From a virus (taxonomy: Duplodnaviria > Caudoviricetes): DNA of 55,342 nucleotides. The notes below the pieces were generated by a model that made no database searches, had not been told where the DNA came from, and saw only the letters and a list, made by a program, of their open reading frames with translations. Shown here piece by piece: positions 33,172 through 42,571 of the stretch. The stretch lies in IMG/VR virus record IMGVR_UViG_3300009149_000039, positions 1-55,342 of that record. The stretch is one strand, 5' to 3'. Within the stretch, counting starts at the first letter, position 1; each line of letters begins with the position of its first letter. A program made the position numbers and the translations under genes.

Positions 33172-34473
33172 TTAACTTAAATCTATTCCAAGATCATTTA
33201 AAAATAATGATAAATCTTCGTCATTTGAACCTGCCATTAATTGGTCAAGTAATGTTCTAAATTCTGAATCTTCATTACCAACATCTTCATTAGCTAATTT
33301 TCTTGAAACATCATAATACATTGAATCGATAAGTTTTTTACCATCTTCTGTTTTAGCCATTACCTCTTTCATTAAAACTAAAAAGTCTTTAGTTGGTAGA
33401 TTAACGATATTAGTATAAATGTAATATTGAATTATCTTTTTATCTTCATCCTGAACAATAGCGTCTGGGAATAAACTTGTGAATCTTCTCCATATCGCAG
33501 GACCTAATTTAATATCCCATTCTTCGTGTTGTGGTTGGTCTTCCAACTCCATCGCTGCCTTAGATTTTTCTGGGTCTTCAGGGTTCTTTTCTTTACCTAA
33601 ATATTCCATAACACCTTTAACACCTTCGTGAATTAAAAATGGAAATATCATCGCCCCTGCGTTTACTGTTGGTGGGTTTGTTGTTGTATCAATTCCAGTT
33701 TTACCCGCGGCACTACCAGAATCTTCATCGTCATTATCCCCACCCATTGCTGCTTCTATCGCAGATGGTGGCATTTGCCAATAACCTAACATCATTGTTG
33801 CAACAAAAATAGAATATTTTTCTACTATATTATCAACACCCGTAATTTGTCTAAGTTCATTTCCGACTGATTGAAATAAATATGATTGGTCTACTGAGTG
33901 TCCCTGTGTCATTGCATTAACTAATCGTCTTTTCGCTCTTTCTGGTGTTAAATTATTAACATCATCCATCAACTGTTCTTCTTTTTGTTGAAGTTGTTGT
34001 TTAGATTGTTTATTGTTCAGTTTTGCTGCTTGTTTTATTAATGTTAAGTTAAACTGTAACGCATTTTCGGGAAGTTTAAAATAATCACGAAGTACTCTTT
34101 CAGCTAATTCTTCAAGTTCTTGTTCGTGTGTATTTTCAGCTTGCATTACTTCTTGTAAAATAGTCATTGCTTGGTTTGATAATTGACCATATGCACCATC
34201 TACACCAACCCCGATATTTCTTTGACCAGTATATTCAGCTAATTTATCTAATGCGTGTTTATATTCTTCTGAACCTAATAATTCTTCATATGTAGTATGA
34301 CCTTCAGGTACGTCTGGGAAATCAACAGATTTAAATGGAGTTTCCTTTGCCCCTAAACTTAGTTCATTACTTGGGTCAGGTCTACTATCGTCATCAAACT
34401 TCATTTGCTCTTTTGGTTCTATTTTTTGTTGACCTAAAAGTAAATCGTCATCTTTTTCTTTATTTTTTTCCAT
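33172..34473 (-). CDS. Hypothetical protein
   Basis: 433-aa ORF; contains LIHEGVKG. Confidence 0.75.
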   Translation of the reverse strand: MEKNKEKDDDLLLGQQKIEPKEQMKFDDDSRPDPSNELSLGAKETPFKSVDFPDVPEGHTTYEELLGSEEYKHALDKLAEYTGQRNIGVGVDGAYGQLSNQAMTILQEVMQAENTHEQELEELAERVLRDYFKLPENALQFNLTLIKQAAKLNNKQSKQQLQQKEEQLMDDVNNLTPERAKRRLVNAMTQGHSVDQSYLFQSVGNELRQITGVDNIVEKYSIFVATMMLGYWQMPPSAIEAAMGGDNDDEDSGSAAGKTGIDTTTNPPTVNAGAMIFPFLIHEGVKGVMEYLGKEKNPEDPEKSKAAMELEDQPQHEEWDIKLGPAIWRRFTSLFPDAIVQDEDKKIIQYYIYTNIVNLPTKDFLVLMKEVMAKTEDGKKLIDSMYYDVSRKLANEDVGNEDSEFRTLLDQLMAGSNDEDLSLFLNDLGIDLS

Positions 34474-34484
34474 TTTTTTAATTT

Positions 34485-36203
34485 TTAATATCCACTATTT
34501 CCTGCCGATCTTTCCATTTTATTATTATGAGAATCCCTCATATCAATATTCATTTCTTGCTCTCTTTCTTTTTGTGATTCATCTGCTGATAAAAATATTT
34601 TTTTAAACTTTAAGATATATTTTAACGCTTTTTCTTCATCATCAAACACTTGTTTATTATCTTCAACTCCATTTCCAATATCAACATGTATTCTACCTCT
34701 ATCGAACCAAACCATAAAATCTACATCACCCTTATTTCGAATAGAATATTCATCTTCTCCCTCTGGTTCTAATAATATATCATGTCCTTCTAGTTCATAT
34801 TCTAAATATGCTTTCGGACTATCATCAAAATGGTCAGGTTCTCTATCATCATATTCTGGTTCTGAAGGTTCTGAATAATCACGATATTGACTATGTGTCA
34901 TTAATGGTTCGCCATCTTTATTAAACGCTTGTTCTTGTATTTTTTTTAATATTTTAGATGTTGTATTTTCAACCACATTATTATTACCTACCGCTTGTAT
35001 AATAGCATCATATGTTAACCAATCTGGTAATTCATTTTTAAATTTTGGTGTTGGATCGGGTAATTTATTTGGTTCAGGTGGTTGCCAAGGATTTGGGTAT
35101 GGTGTCTTTTCAGGTGTTACTTCTCTATTAGGTCTTGTTTTAGGTTTTACTTTAGGTTCTTTAATCGCTGGTTCTTGTTCATATAGTTTGGTGTTATTAT
35201 TACGATAATCCCTATCAACAACCATATTTAGTTTTTCAACACTTTTTCTTCCTCTTGTTGTTATTTCACCGGGGTCACAAAAAGTATCACCTTCTTTACA
35301 AACATAAACTAATATATCATTATCTTCATAGTATTTTTTCTTATATTGGTTATACTTTTCATCCATCCAATTACCATCAACAGGTAAATTTGCATTATAT
35401 AAACGATTAAAAATAGTCTGAAGTTTTTTTGTCCAACGTAATTTTCCGGATTCCTTAGTTACTTCTTGTTCCGTTAATTTAAATTTCACCATTTCAAGTA
35501 TTTCATTTTTGGTTGTTGATTGGTGATATTTATTTTCTACTAATTTCTTAACCCATTCTTTTTGTTTACCCTTTGTATATGCTTCTAATAGTTTTGCAAC
35601 CTTACTTTCATTTCTATTTTTTCTTTTACCTTTTCCTTTTTTTCTTTTTTTTCTTTTTTTTTTTTCGTAGTGAGGTGTTTGACAATCTTTACCCGCATAA
35701 TCCACTTTTTTTGATAATAATCCGCGTCTTCCCATAGCAAATGTTCTTGATGCTTCTTTAGTTTCTACTTCTTCTTCTCCTATTTGTTCTTCTTCACTAT
35801 TAATTTCGTTAGATTTTATAGATTCTCTACCATTTTTAAATTCTTGTTCTTGTTCTGGTGTTAATTTTGTTCTTAGTTCCATAATACGGATATTAAGGTC
35901 ACGCTTTTCTTCATAAGATAAGGTATCCTTACCTTCATATAATTGTCTATATAAATCTAATGCTTCTTCAACAAGTGATTCTGACGAACCATCAACCGTT
36001 TCTTGTTCATATGTTTCGAATGTTTTCTTTTCTCTTCTAAGATTTTCGATATCTGCTGGATTAGAGTCTTTAGGTATGTTTATAATACCCTCACCCAATA
36101 TTCTTTTCGCTAGTACATTAAGTTGTTTATCTGGGAGGTTCATTAAGGTATTTTGGATAAACCCTTCACCAATCAATCTTTTTATAATTTCACTTCTTTT
36201 CAT
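34485..36203 (-). CDS. Hypothetical multidomain protein (possible internal head protein)
   Basis: 572-aa ORF, Lys/Arg and Pro patches, many L/I-x-E sites. Confidence 0.7.
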   Translation of the reverse strand: MKRSEIIKRLIGEGFIQNTLMNLPDKQLNVLAKRILGEGIINIPKDSNPADIENLRREKKTFETYEQETVDGSSESLVEEALDLYRQLYEGKDTLSYEEKRDLNIRIMELRTKLTPEQEQEFKNGRESIKSNEINSEEEQIGEEEVETKEASRTFAMGRRGLLSKKVDYAGKDCQTPHYEKKKRKKRKKGKGKRKNRNESKVAKLLEAYTKGKQKEWVKKLVENKYHQSTTKNEILEMVKFKLTEQEVTKESGKLRWTKKLQTIFNRLYNANLPVDGNWMDEKYNQYKKKYYEDNDILVYVCKEGDTFCDPGEITTRGRKSVEKLNMVVDRDYRNNNTKLYEQEPAIKEPKVKPKTRPNREVTPEKTPYPNPWQPPEPNKLPDPTPKFKNELPDWLTYDAIIQAVGNNNVVENTTSKILKKIQEQAFNKDGEPLMTHSQYRDYSEPSEPEYDDREPDHFDDSPKAYLEYELEGHDILLEPEGEDEYSIRNKGDVDFMVWFDRGRIHVDIGNGVEDNKQVFDDEEKALKYILKFKKIFLSADESQKEREQEMNIDMRDSHNNKMERSAGNSGY

Positions 36204-36640
36204 TTAATTTTGTATTTAAGTTCCTCCTTTATTAATCGGTATGCTCTTGTCGCTAATTTTTCGGTCACACTATCAACATCTTCACCAAAATGAAACGATA
36301 ATCTTTTATATGCCCACTCATCAGCTTCCTCATCAAACGGCTCCCATCCAAGAGCTATAATACCTTCAACAGCGTCAACTACACCAAAATAATCCGAACT
36401 TTGAACTAAATCTAATTTTAAATCGGAATTTTTAAGTAGTCCAACCATATCAATATCATCAATATTTGGGGGGGTTGATCTGTCTGATGATGGAACATGA
36501 AACCATTCTTCTCGTATAAAATCAACAATATATGGGTTTTCTACTTCTAATTTGTCAACAAGACTATTACTAAATATAAACTCATATTGATGTTGTTCTC
36601 TAAAATCTTTTCCTAACTCATTAATATATATCAGTTTCAT
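36200..36640 (-). CDS. Hypothetical protein
   Basis: ORF MKLIYINELG...; start uncertain. Confidence 0.65.
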   Translation of the reverse strand: MKLIYINELGKDFREQHQYEFIFSNSLVDKLEVENPYIVDFIREEWFHVPSSDRSTPPNIDDIDMVGLLKNSDLKLDLVQSSDYFGVVDAVEGIIALGWEPFDEEADEWAYKRLSFHFGEDVDSVTEKLATRAYRLIKEELKYKIK

Positions 36641-38009
36641 CATCTTCTTCAAAATATTTACTTAATGTTTCTTTTACAGCGTCATTCACCATATTCGTTA
36701 ATTCATCAAGTTCTATTTCTTTTGTTTCAGTATCATCCACATCATCCATACCTGGCTCAACATCTGACATATCTTCTAAACCTTGGTCGTCAGGTATATT
36801 ATCTACATCTGCGTGGTCATCTGCACCAAAAACATTTTCACCTGTATATTCTTCCCCAACTTCACTATCTTCAAACATTTCTTCATCATCATAATATCCA
36901 TCATCTGGCTTATTACCAAAAGCATCGACATCATCACCATAAAGGTCTTCCGCTGTAAATGTTGTTTTGTCTGATAATTCTAAATCATCATCACCACTAT
37001 CACCATATACCACACCCTCACCATTACAGTTCATACATATTTCACCATTTTTTTGACCTCTACCACGACAATCAGTACAAGTTACTCCTTCATCCTCTTC
37101 ATCATCAAATTCAGTAATATCTTGATATGGTTTATCTTCATCGTCATTAAAATCAAAAGATGTACTAATCAAATCTTCCAATTTATCTACCCCATCTGTT
37201 TCTTCTACTTCACTCATTTCTTCATCACCAGAAGGTAAATTAGGGTCAGTATCATAATCGGTCATTGTTTCATCACCACCAAGGTCTTCTTCGTCTTCTA
37301 ATTGACTAACAATATCTTCTTTGTCAGAATCTTCTAATTTATCTAAATTAACCGCTGAAATTACGGAATTAATAACATATTTAATATCGTCACTTTCAAT
37401 CTGTTCGTCATATTCTCTTAGTTTTTCACCAAGTTTACCTGTTAACTTTTGAATTGATTTTAAATAATCAGACTCATCTTCTACACCACCATCTTCACTA
37501 TCTAACCCTAAATTGTCAGGTGGAAGGTCACCACCAACATCGTCTGGAATATCTCCTGGTTGTGGTATTCCCGATTCTGCCCCTGCATCTGGCATTGAAG
37601 CCATCGGTGCGGGTGCTTCGGCTGGTGTTTCAGGAGGAGCTGCGGGTGTAGGTTTTTTTACTTTTAACACATATTTTGTGTCTTCGTTTAGTAATGTTAA
37701 TTCTTCTTGACCCTCGATTAATTTTAATCTTTTAAGTGCTTCAGCGAAAGATGAAAATCTATTTTTGTTTTTCATAAACATTCCGCCAATGTAATCAAGA
37801 TTTTCTTTAGTTAATCCTTTTTTTACATAGTAGTCGTTATTTTCTTTAACTATACCATATACCCCAATTTTAGATTCAGATATATACTCCGAATTAACTG
37901 GGCTTGATACTTTAGGCTTATCTGCGTTATAATAAGTTAATTCAAGGATTCGGTTTAATTTTTCGTCACCTTGTAATTTTTCACTTCCTAGTGGTTTAGT
38001 TTCTGCCAT
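36621..38009 (-). CDS. Hypothetical acidic protein with CxxCxG zinc-finger insert
   Basis: 462-aa ORF; CTDCRGRG...CMNCNGEG DnaJ-like Cys repeats. Confidence 0.7.
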   Translation of the reverse strand: MAETKPLGSEKLQGDEKLNRILELTYYNADKPKVSSPVNSEYISESKIGVYGIVKENNDYYVKKGLTKENLDYIGGMFMKNKNRFSSFAEALKRLKLIEGQEELTLLNEDTKYVLKVKKPTPAAPPETPAEAPAPMASMPDAGAESGIPQPGDIPDDVGGDLPPDNLGLDSEDGGVEDESDYLKSIQKLTGKLGEKLREYDEQIESDDIKYVINSVISAVNLDKLEDSDKEDIVSQLEDEEDLGGDETMTDYDTDPNLPSGDEEMSEVEETDGVDKLEDLISTSFDFNDDEDKPYQDITEFDDEEDEGVTCTDCRGRGQKNGEICMNCNGEGVVYGDSGDDDLELSDKTTFTAEDLYGDDVDAFGNKPDDGYYDDEEMFEDSEVGEEYTGENVFGADDHADVDNIPDDQGLEDMSDVEPGMDDVDDTETKEIELDELTNMVNDAVKETLSKYFEEDDETDIY

Positions 38010-38078
38010 TTTTTTTTATATTAAACAATGTTATTCTTAATCATAAATACAAAGAGAAGTTAAAAAATTTTCTGTTTC

Positions 38079-38888
38079 TTATTGAGTAACAGATAATTTT
38101 TTATCTATTATACTTCTTTTTAGTTGAATTAGTTTTCCGATGTACCCATTTCTTCTTAATAATTTGAACGTTAAGTTCTCATATGAAAATTCCCCACCAC
38201 TTTCTAATCCACTCTGCCTGAATTTCTTCAGCTTCACTCTGATGTCGTCTATTTCAGGTATAATGTCAATACCATCTTCATTTTTTTCAATTAAATCATC
38301 AATTGATGTTGCGAATTCTTCACCCTTAGTTAGTATTAATTTTTCATCAATACCCTTTTTACCATAAACAGGTTCAACAACCCACTTATTATTTAAAACG
38401 GAATACACACCAGAAGATAAATGTTGTTCTGTTTCATCTTGGATATATAACTCAACATCATAATTTTTGACCTTAATAGTGTGGGTACTATTCCAATTAT
38501 TCTTTTTCGATTTAAAAAATTCTTCTAATATCTTATTAAATTTTATTGGATTTGTATTATCACCAACAATTTCATCGAAATTCATTAGTATATGCAAATC
38601 AACATCAGAATACTCGGACCAATTATAATTTGCAAGTGAACCAGTTAAAATAACATCATAAATGAAAAAATCGACCCCAAGATAATCAATAAATGTACTC
38701 GATGCTTTTAATAATTTTTCTCTTACAGTATCAATCATTTTATATGATTTACCTACCGAATTAAAAACATCAGGTGATAACTCTTCCTTTAAATAAAAGG
38801 ATTTAATGATATCTTGGTCAACTTCTTTATACTCTATTAATTCGTCAACTAGTCCCTTTTTATCCATTAAATTTGATTTTTTATACAT
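38079..38888 (-). CDS. Nucleotidyltransferase-fold protein
   Basis: LTGSLANYNWSEYSDVDLH (GS..DxD) and later VELY. Confidence 0.7.
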   Translation of the reverse strand: MYKKSNLMDKKGLVDELIEYKEVDQDIIKSFYLKEELSPDVFNSVGKSYKMIDTVREKLLKASSTFIDYLGVDFFIYDVILTGSLANYNWSEYSDVDLHILMNFDEIVGDNTNPIKFNKILEEFFKSKKNNWNSTHTIKVKNYDVELYIQDETEQHLSSGVYSVLNNKWVVEPVYGKKGIDEKLILTKGEEFATSIDDLIEKNEDGIDIIPEIDDIRVKLKKFRQSGLESGGEFSYENLTFKLLRRNGYIGKLIQLKRSIIDKKLSVTQ

Positions 38889-38950
38889 ATAAATATTTCC
38901 AATCAGTTAATTAAATACAATATACAATCTTTTTCTTAATATTTATCGTT

Positions 38951-39376
38951 ATGAAAATAATATTAACGGAGCATCAGATACGAAAATATCTTAACGAAAA
39001 TATTGCACAAACAGATATAACCATCACTAAAGAACAACTTGAAGAACTATTAATATCATTAAAAAATGATGGGTTTCACCCACTACCAAATAATAATGAT
39101 ATTTTTAATTATATGGGTGGTTTACCTAAAGGTGATTATTTTATTACTGATGCTAGTGGATCAACAACACAAGATGTTGAACACGATTTATTAACAGCAT
39201 TAGATTCAACGAAATCATTAACACAATATGATGATATCCAACAATTTTTATTATTTAAACAAAATGAAGATAGGACATTCACTGGAAAAGGTATTATGTT
39301 AACACAACCGAATGTCGAACCAAGTAGAAAAGGTGATATGGAGTTAAGTCCACGAGGAGCTCATGGTGGTAAATAA
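38951..39376 (+). CDS. Hypothetical protein with KIILTE-Q N-terminal motif
   Basis: 141-aa ORF. Confidence 0.65.
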   Translation: MKIILTEHQIRKYLNENIAQTDITITKEQLEELLISLKNDGFHPLPNNNDIFNYMGGLPKGDYFITDASGSTTQDVEHDLLTALDSTKSLTQYDDIQQFLLFKQNEDRTFTGKGIMLTQPNVEPSRKGDMELSPRGAHGGK

Positions 39377-39384
39377 ATTTATAT

Positions 39385-39996
39385 ATGGTAAATTTTGATT
39401 TTTTGATAACTGGATGTGGAAGGTCAGGAACGGGTTATATGAGTAAATTACTCATAAAAAATGGGTTTAACTGTGGACATGAACATCATTATGGATTTGG
39501 TCAAAAAGCAACTTTTTCTTCTGAAAGTAGTTGGTTAGCAACACCACATATAAATAATCATTTAAATTCTAACATTATTAGACTTATTAGAAACCCAATT
39601 AATGTAATAAAATCATGGGTTGATTTAGGTGTTTTTAGAAAAAAAAATGAATATGTACAATATATAATCAATTATATTCCAGATATCGACACTAAAAATA
39701 AAAGTGAAATCATAAATAGCACGATTTATTATATCTATTGGAATCGAATATTTGATGAATTAATTAAAGATAATTATTATGAAATTGTCCATTTCGATGC
39801 TTTAATACAAAAGGAAAATGTTGAATTATTTGGTAAAAATTTAAGTATATTAAACGAAATTGTTAATGAGAAAAAACACGGAAAGAAAGATACCCCAAAA
39901 ACTACAATTACTGATATATTGGAAAATGAAGGATATTATGATAAAGTTTTTGACACATATAATAATATCCTAACACATAAATTTAGAAAAATATAA
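39385..39996 (+). CDS. Sulfotransferase-like protein
   Basis: ITGCGRSGT PAPS-binding loop; IRNPINVIKS 3'-PB motif. Confidence 0.75.
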   Translation: MVNFDFLITGCGRSGTGYMSKLLIKNGFNCGHEHHYGFGQKATFSSESSWLATPHINNHLNSNIIRLIRNPINVIKSWVDLGVFRKKNEYVQYIINYIPDIDTKNKSEIINSTIYYIYWNRIFDELIKDNYYEIVHFDALIQKENVELFGKNLSILNEIVNEKKHGKKDTPKTTITDILENEGYYDKVFDTYNNILTHKFRKI

Positions 39997-39997
39997 T

Positions 39998-40240
39998 TTA
40001 TACTTGTTTATATTTATATTTAGTTTTAATGTCAGTTGTAAAATATTTTCCTTGTGATGGTGCCGACCTAAATTTTGTAAATACTTTCCATGGTACATCA
40101 TAATATTCATACTTAGAACCATTATTAAATGTTAATGTTAATACTTCGGTTTCTGTATTATATGATGCAAATTGTGTGTTACTTGATTTTATAGTAACAT
40201 TAATAATTTTACCTTTAATTTCTTCTGATATAATTGACAT
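39998..40240 (-). CDS. KTSC domain protein
   Basis: SSN....Y......L.LTFNNGSKYEYYDVP...F..APSQGKYF...IK. Confidence 0.9.
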   Translation of the reverse strand: MSIISEEIKGKIINVTIKSSNTQFASYNTETEVLTLTFNNGSKYEYYDVPWKVFTKFRSAPSQGKYFTTDIKTKYKYKQV

Positions 40241-40246
40241 AATTTT

Positions 40247-40801
40247 TTAGTTTTTAATTACTACCAACCCATCATAGAATTGGTAATTATAATTTGATTT
40301 ATTAAAATAATTTTTAATTTCGTCTGGATATGCAAGGTCTTCGAGTACATAAACACCACCATCATTTAATTTAGGAAAAAAATTTTCGAATGTTTTTATT
40401 TGGTCCTCCCAATAATGACTACCATCATCTACAATGAAATCAAGTTTAATATCACTAAAATAATGATTAGTAATTGATTTATTTGTTGAATCAAATAAAA
40501 ATGTATTTATCCTATCTTCCTTAATCATACAGTCAATTTGGATATCAACACCATATATCATCCCATTTGGAAAATAATCTTTGAATGCTTTTAATGATGC
40601 TCCAGGCTCATATTTCGGATATTTATCTTTCCAAAATACCATATTTGAATTTGTGTGTTGTAATGTTCCTATCCCGATTTCTAATAAATTAATATTATCA
40701 TTTCTTCGCGGGCCAAAATATTCATCATAAACAGGACTATACCCATTTAAGTTCTTATCCGATAAATATTTTTTGAAATAATATCCAATTGTTTTTTCCA
40801 T
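40247..40801 (-). CDS. Class I SAM-dependent (sugar O-)methyltransferase
   Basis: LLEIGI, GASL, YGVDI, DFIVDDGSH, GGVYVLED. Confidence 0.8.
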   Translation of the reverse strand: MEKTIGYYFKKYLSDKNLNGYSPVYDEYFGPRRNDNINLLEIGIGTLQHTNSNMVFWKDKYPKYEPGASLKAFKDYFPNGMIYGVDIQIDCMIKEDRINTFLFDSTNKSITNHYFSDIKLDFIVDDGSHYWEDQIKTFENFFPKLNDGGVYVLEDLAYPDEIKNYFNKSNYNYQFYDGLVVIKN

Positions 40802-40847
40802 ATGATAAAATATATATAATTTTTATGAAAAAACAAATAGGTGATTA

Positions 40848-41411
40848 TTATAATTCTTCTACCGCCATTGCAACATTCTCGGCTTGATTTCTTTCAATAG
40901 CATTAACCATAGATTTTGTTAGTGAATTATACACTTCTTCACCATATCTTTCTAAAATGTTATTATCTTCAGGTCCTCTTAAATCTTCGAATATTGAGCC
41001 CGCGATAAATCCAAGGACATTTGGTAAGTTTATTTTTCTCCAACATCTTTTTGATGCCATTTCCGAATCACCTGTTTCCCTTAACGCTTTATTATATACA
41101 TTAAGGTCAACCACAGGTATTTGACTATGAGTCTCGCTCATAGCTAATTGTTTTTCTGTTTTTTCTTTTTCAGATGGGATATAAGATTTTAAATATTTTC
41201 TAAAACACATTGCTCTAACAGTACCATCAACTTTAACAAACGCAACCCCAACTATCTTATTATTATTAATTGCTTCACGCAATGATTGTAACCTTGGACT
41301 ATTTTGAAATTCGTTATATGTTAATTCTTCTAGTAAATTATAACTTTCTTTAATAAACGGTTTAATTATTTCTTGTAATTGTGATTCTGTTATTTTAATT
41401 TTTTTTGACAT
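40848..41411 (-). CDS. Hypothetical protein with KKIKITE-QL N-terminal motif
   Basis: Probable start MSKKIKITESQL at 41411; FVKVDGTVRAM segment. Confidence 0.7.
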   Translation of the reverse strand: MSKKIKITESQLQEIIKPFIKESYNLLEELTYNEFQNSPRLQSLREAINNNKIVGVAFVKVDGTVRAMCFRKYLKSYIPSEKEKTEKQLAMSETHSQIPVVDLNVYNKALRETGDSEMASKRCWRKINLPNVLGFIAGSIFEDLRGPEDNNILERYGEEVYNSLTKSMVNAIERNQAENVAMAVEEL

Positions 41412-41415
41412 TGTT

Positions 41416-41997
41416 TTATTTTTTTTGTTTAGCAGCAAAATCAAAATATATTGTATTATATATCCTACTAATATATGATGGATATGTTGAATATAGTTTT
41501 GGATGACCTTTATCAATTAACCCTAGTTTTTTTTGAATGGGAGCAAAATTAAGTTTAAATTCTTCATCTTGATTTGTTAATTTTAACATATTATTCATAT
41601 GTTTTTGATCTTCAACCATACTTCTACCAAGTATTTGCGGATTATACATATCTGATATAAATAATTTTCGTTTATAATGGTGTGGAGAGTGATGTAAAAC
41701 AGCTAAATATATAACACCTTCGGTTAACATATTCATATAATTCCTAGCGAATAATCTAGCCAAAAACATAGCGTCTTTTCGATTTAAATATTTATTATAA
41801 TAATCTAAGTGTTTTGCACAATCATTAAGTTTATCTATATTTGGTAAGTCATTCATAGAAATATCTTTTCCTCTTATTTTACTAACTTCATATTTTGGAT
41901 TTTTTGATGGTAAAATATCCGTTCCAGATTGTTCTTTAATAATTGGTTTAATTATTTCTTGTAATTGAGCTTCCGTTATTTTAATTTTCTTAGCCAT
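41416..41997 (-). CDS. Hypothetical protein with KKIKITE-QL N-terminal motif
   Basis: Probable start MAKKIKITEAQL at 41997. Confidence 0.65.
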   Translation of the reverse strand: MAKKIKITEAQLQEIIKPIIKEQSGTDILPSKNPKYEVSKIRGKDISMNDLPNIDKLNDCAKHLDYYNKYLNRKDAMFLARLFARNYMNMLTEGVIYLAVLHHSPHHYKRKLFISDMYNPQILGRSMVEDQKHMNNMLKLTNQDEEFKLNFAPIQKKLGLIDKGHPKLYSTYPSYISRIYNTIYFDFAAKQKK

Positions 41998-42032
41998 GAT
42001 ACATATTTTTATATAAATATAACATATATCCA

Positions 42033-42059
42033 AAAAAAAAAATCCCCTTTCGGGGATTT
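42033..42059 (-). terminator. Intrinsic terminator after Hsp20
   Basis: aaatcccc-tttc-ggggattt hairpin, U-tract on - strand. Confidence 0.8.
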
Positions 42060-42060
42060 G

Positions 42061-42429
42061 TTATTCTAATTCAATTAGTTTTTCATTCATTTTCTTTTTA
42101 TTTAATGGGACATCAATTTTAAGTAAACCATTTACTACCTTTCCTTTAATTTTATCAGAATTAATATTATCGGGTAACCTGTATGATTTCACAAAATTAG
42201 ACATAAAATATGAATTTTCATTTTTTTCTTCGTTTTCGTATGATATCGTTAGTATATCATCTTTAACTTTTATTTCTAAATCGTCACTTGTTAATCCTGG
42301 TACTGCCATTTGTAATGTGTACCCATCGTCATTTTTATCGATATTAGCATCTGGTAAGTTATCATAATGATACTTACTTAATACCCCTTCTAAGGGATTA
42401 AAAAATGGATCTTTAAATAATGTTAACAT
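42061..42429 (-). CDS. Small heat-shock protein (Hsp20/alpha-crystallin)
   Basis: AVPGL...L.I, F.KSYRLP, NGLLKI.VP, C-terminal IEL. Confidence 0.9.
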   Translation of the reverse strand: MLTLFKDPFFNPLEGVLSKYHYDNLPDANIDKNDDGYTLQMAVPGLTSDDLEIKVKDDILTISYENEEKNENSYFMSNFVKSYRLPDNINSDKIKGKVVNGLLKIDVPLNKKKMNEKLIELE

Positions 42430-42540
42430 AAGCTTTATTTTTTTTTAAGGTTTATTTATTATAATAATAAGATTACAAAAATATTACCACACAAAAAATA
42501 TTGACATTTTGTCATATTTTTTTTTTTAATAAAAAAGATG

Positions 42541-42548
42541 TATATTTG
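42541..42548 (+). promoter_or_regulatory. Bacteroidota-type -7 promoter element
   Basis: TATATTTG 24 nt upstream of the Clp ATG. Confidence 0.5.
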
Positions 42549-42571
42549 TACCATAAATAAAAATATAAAAT

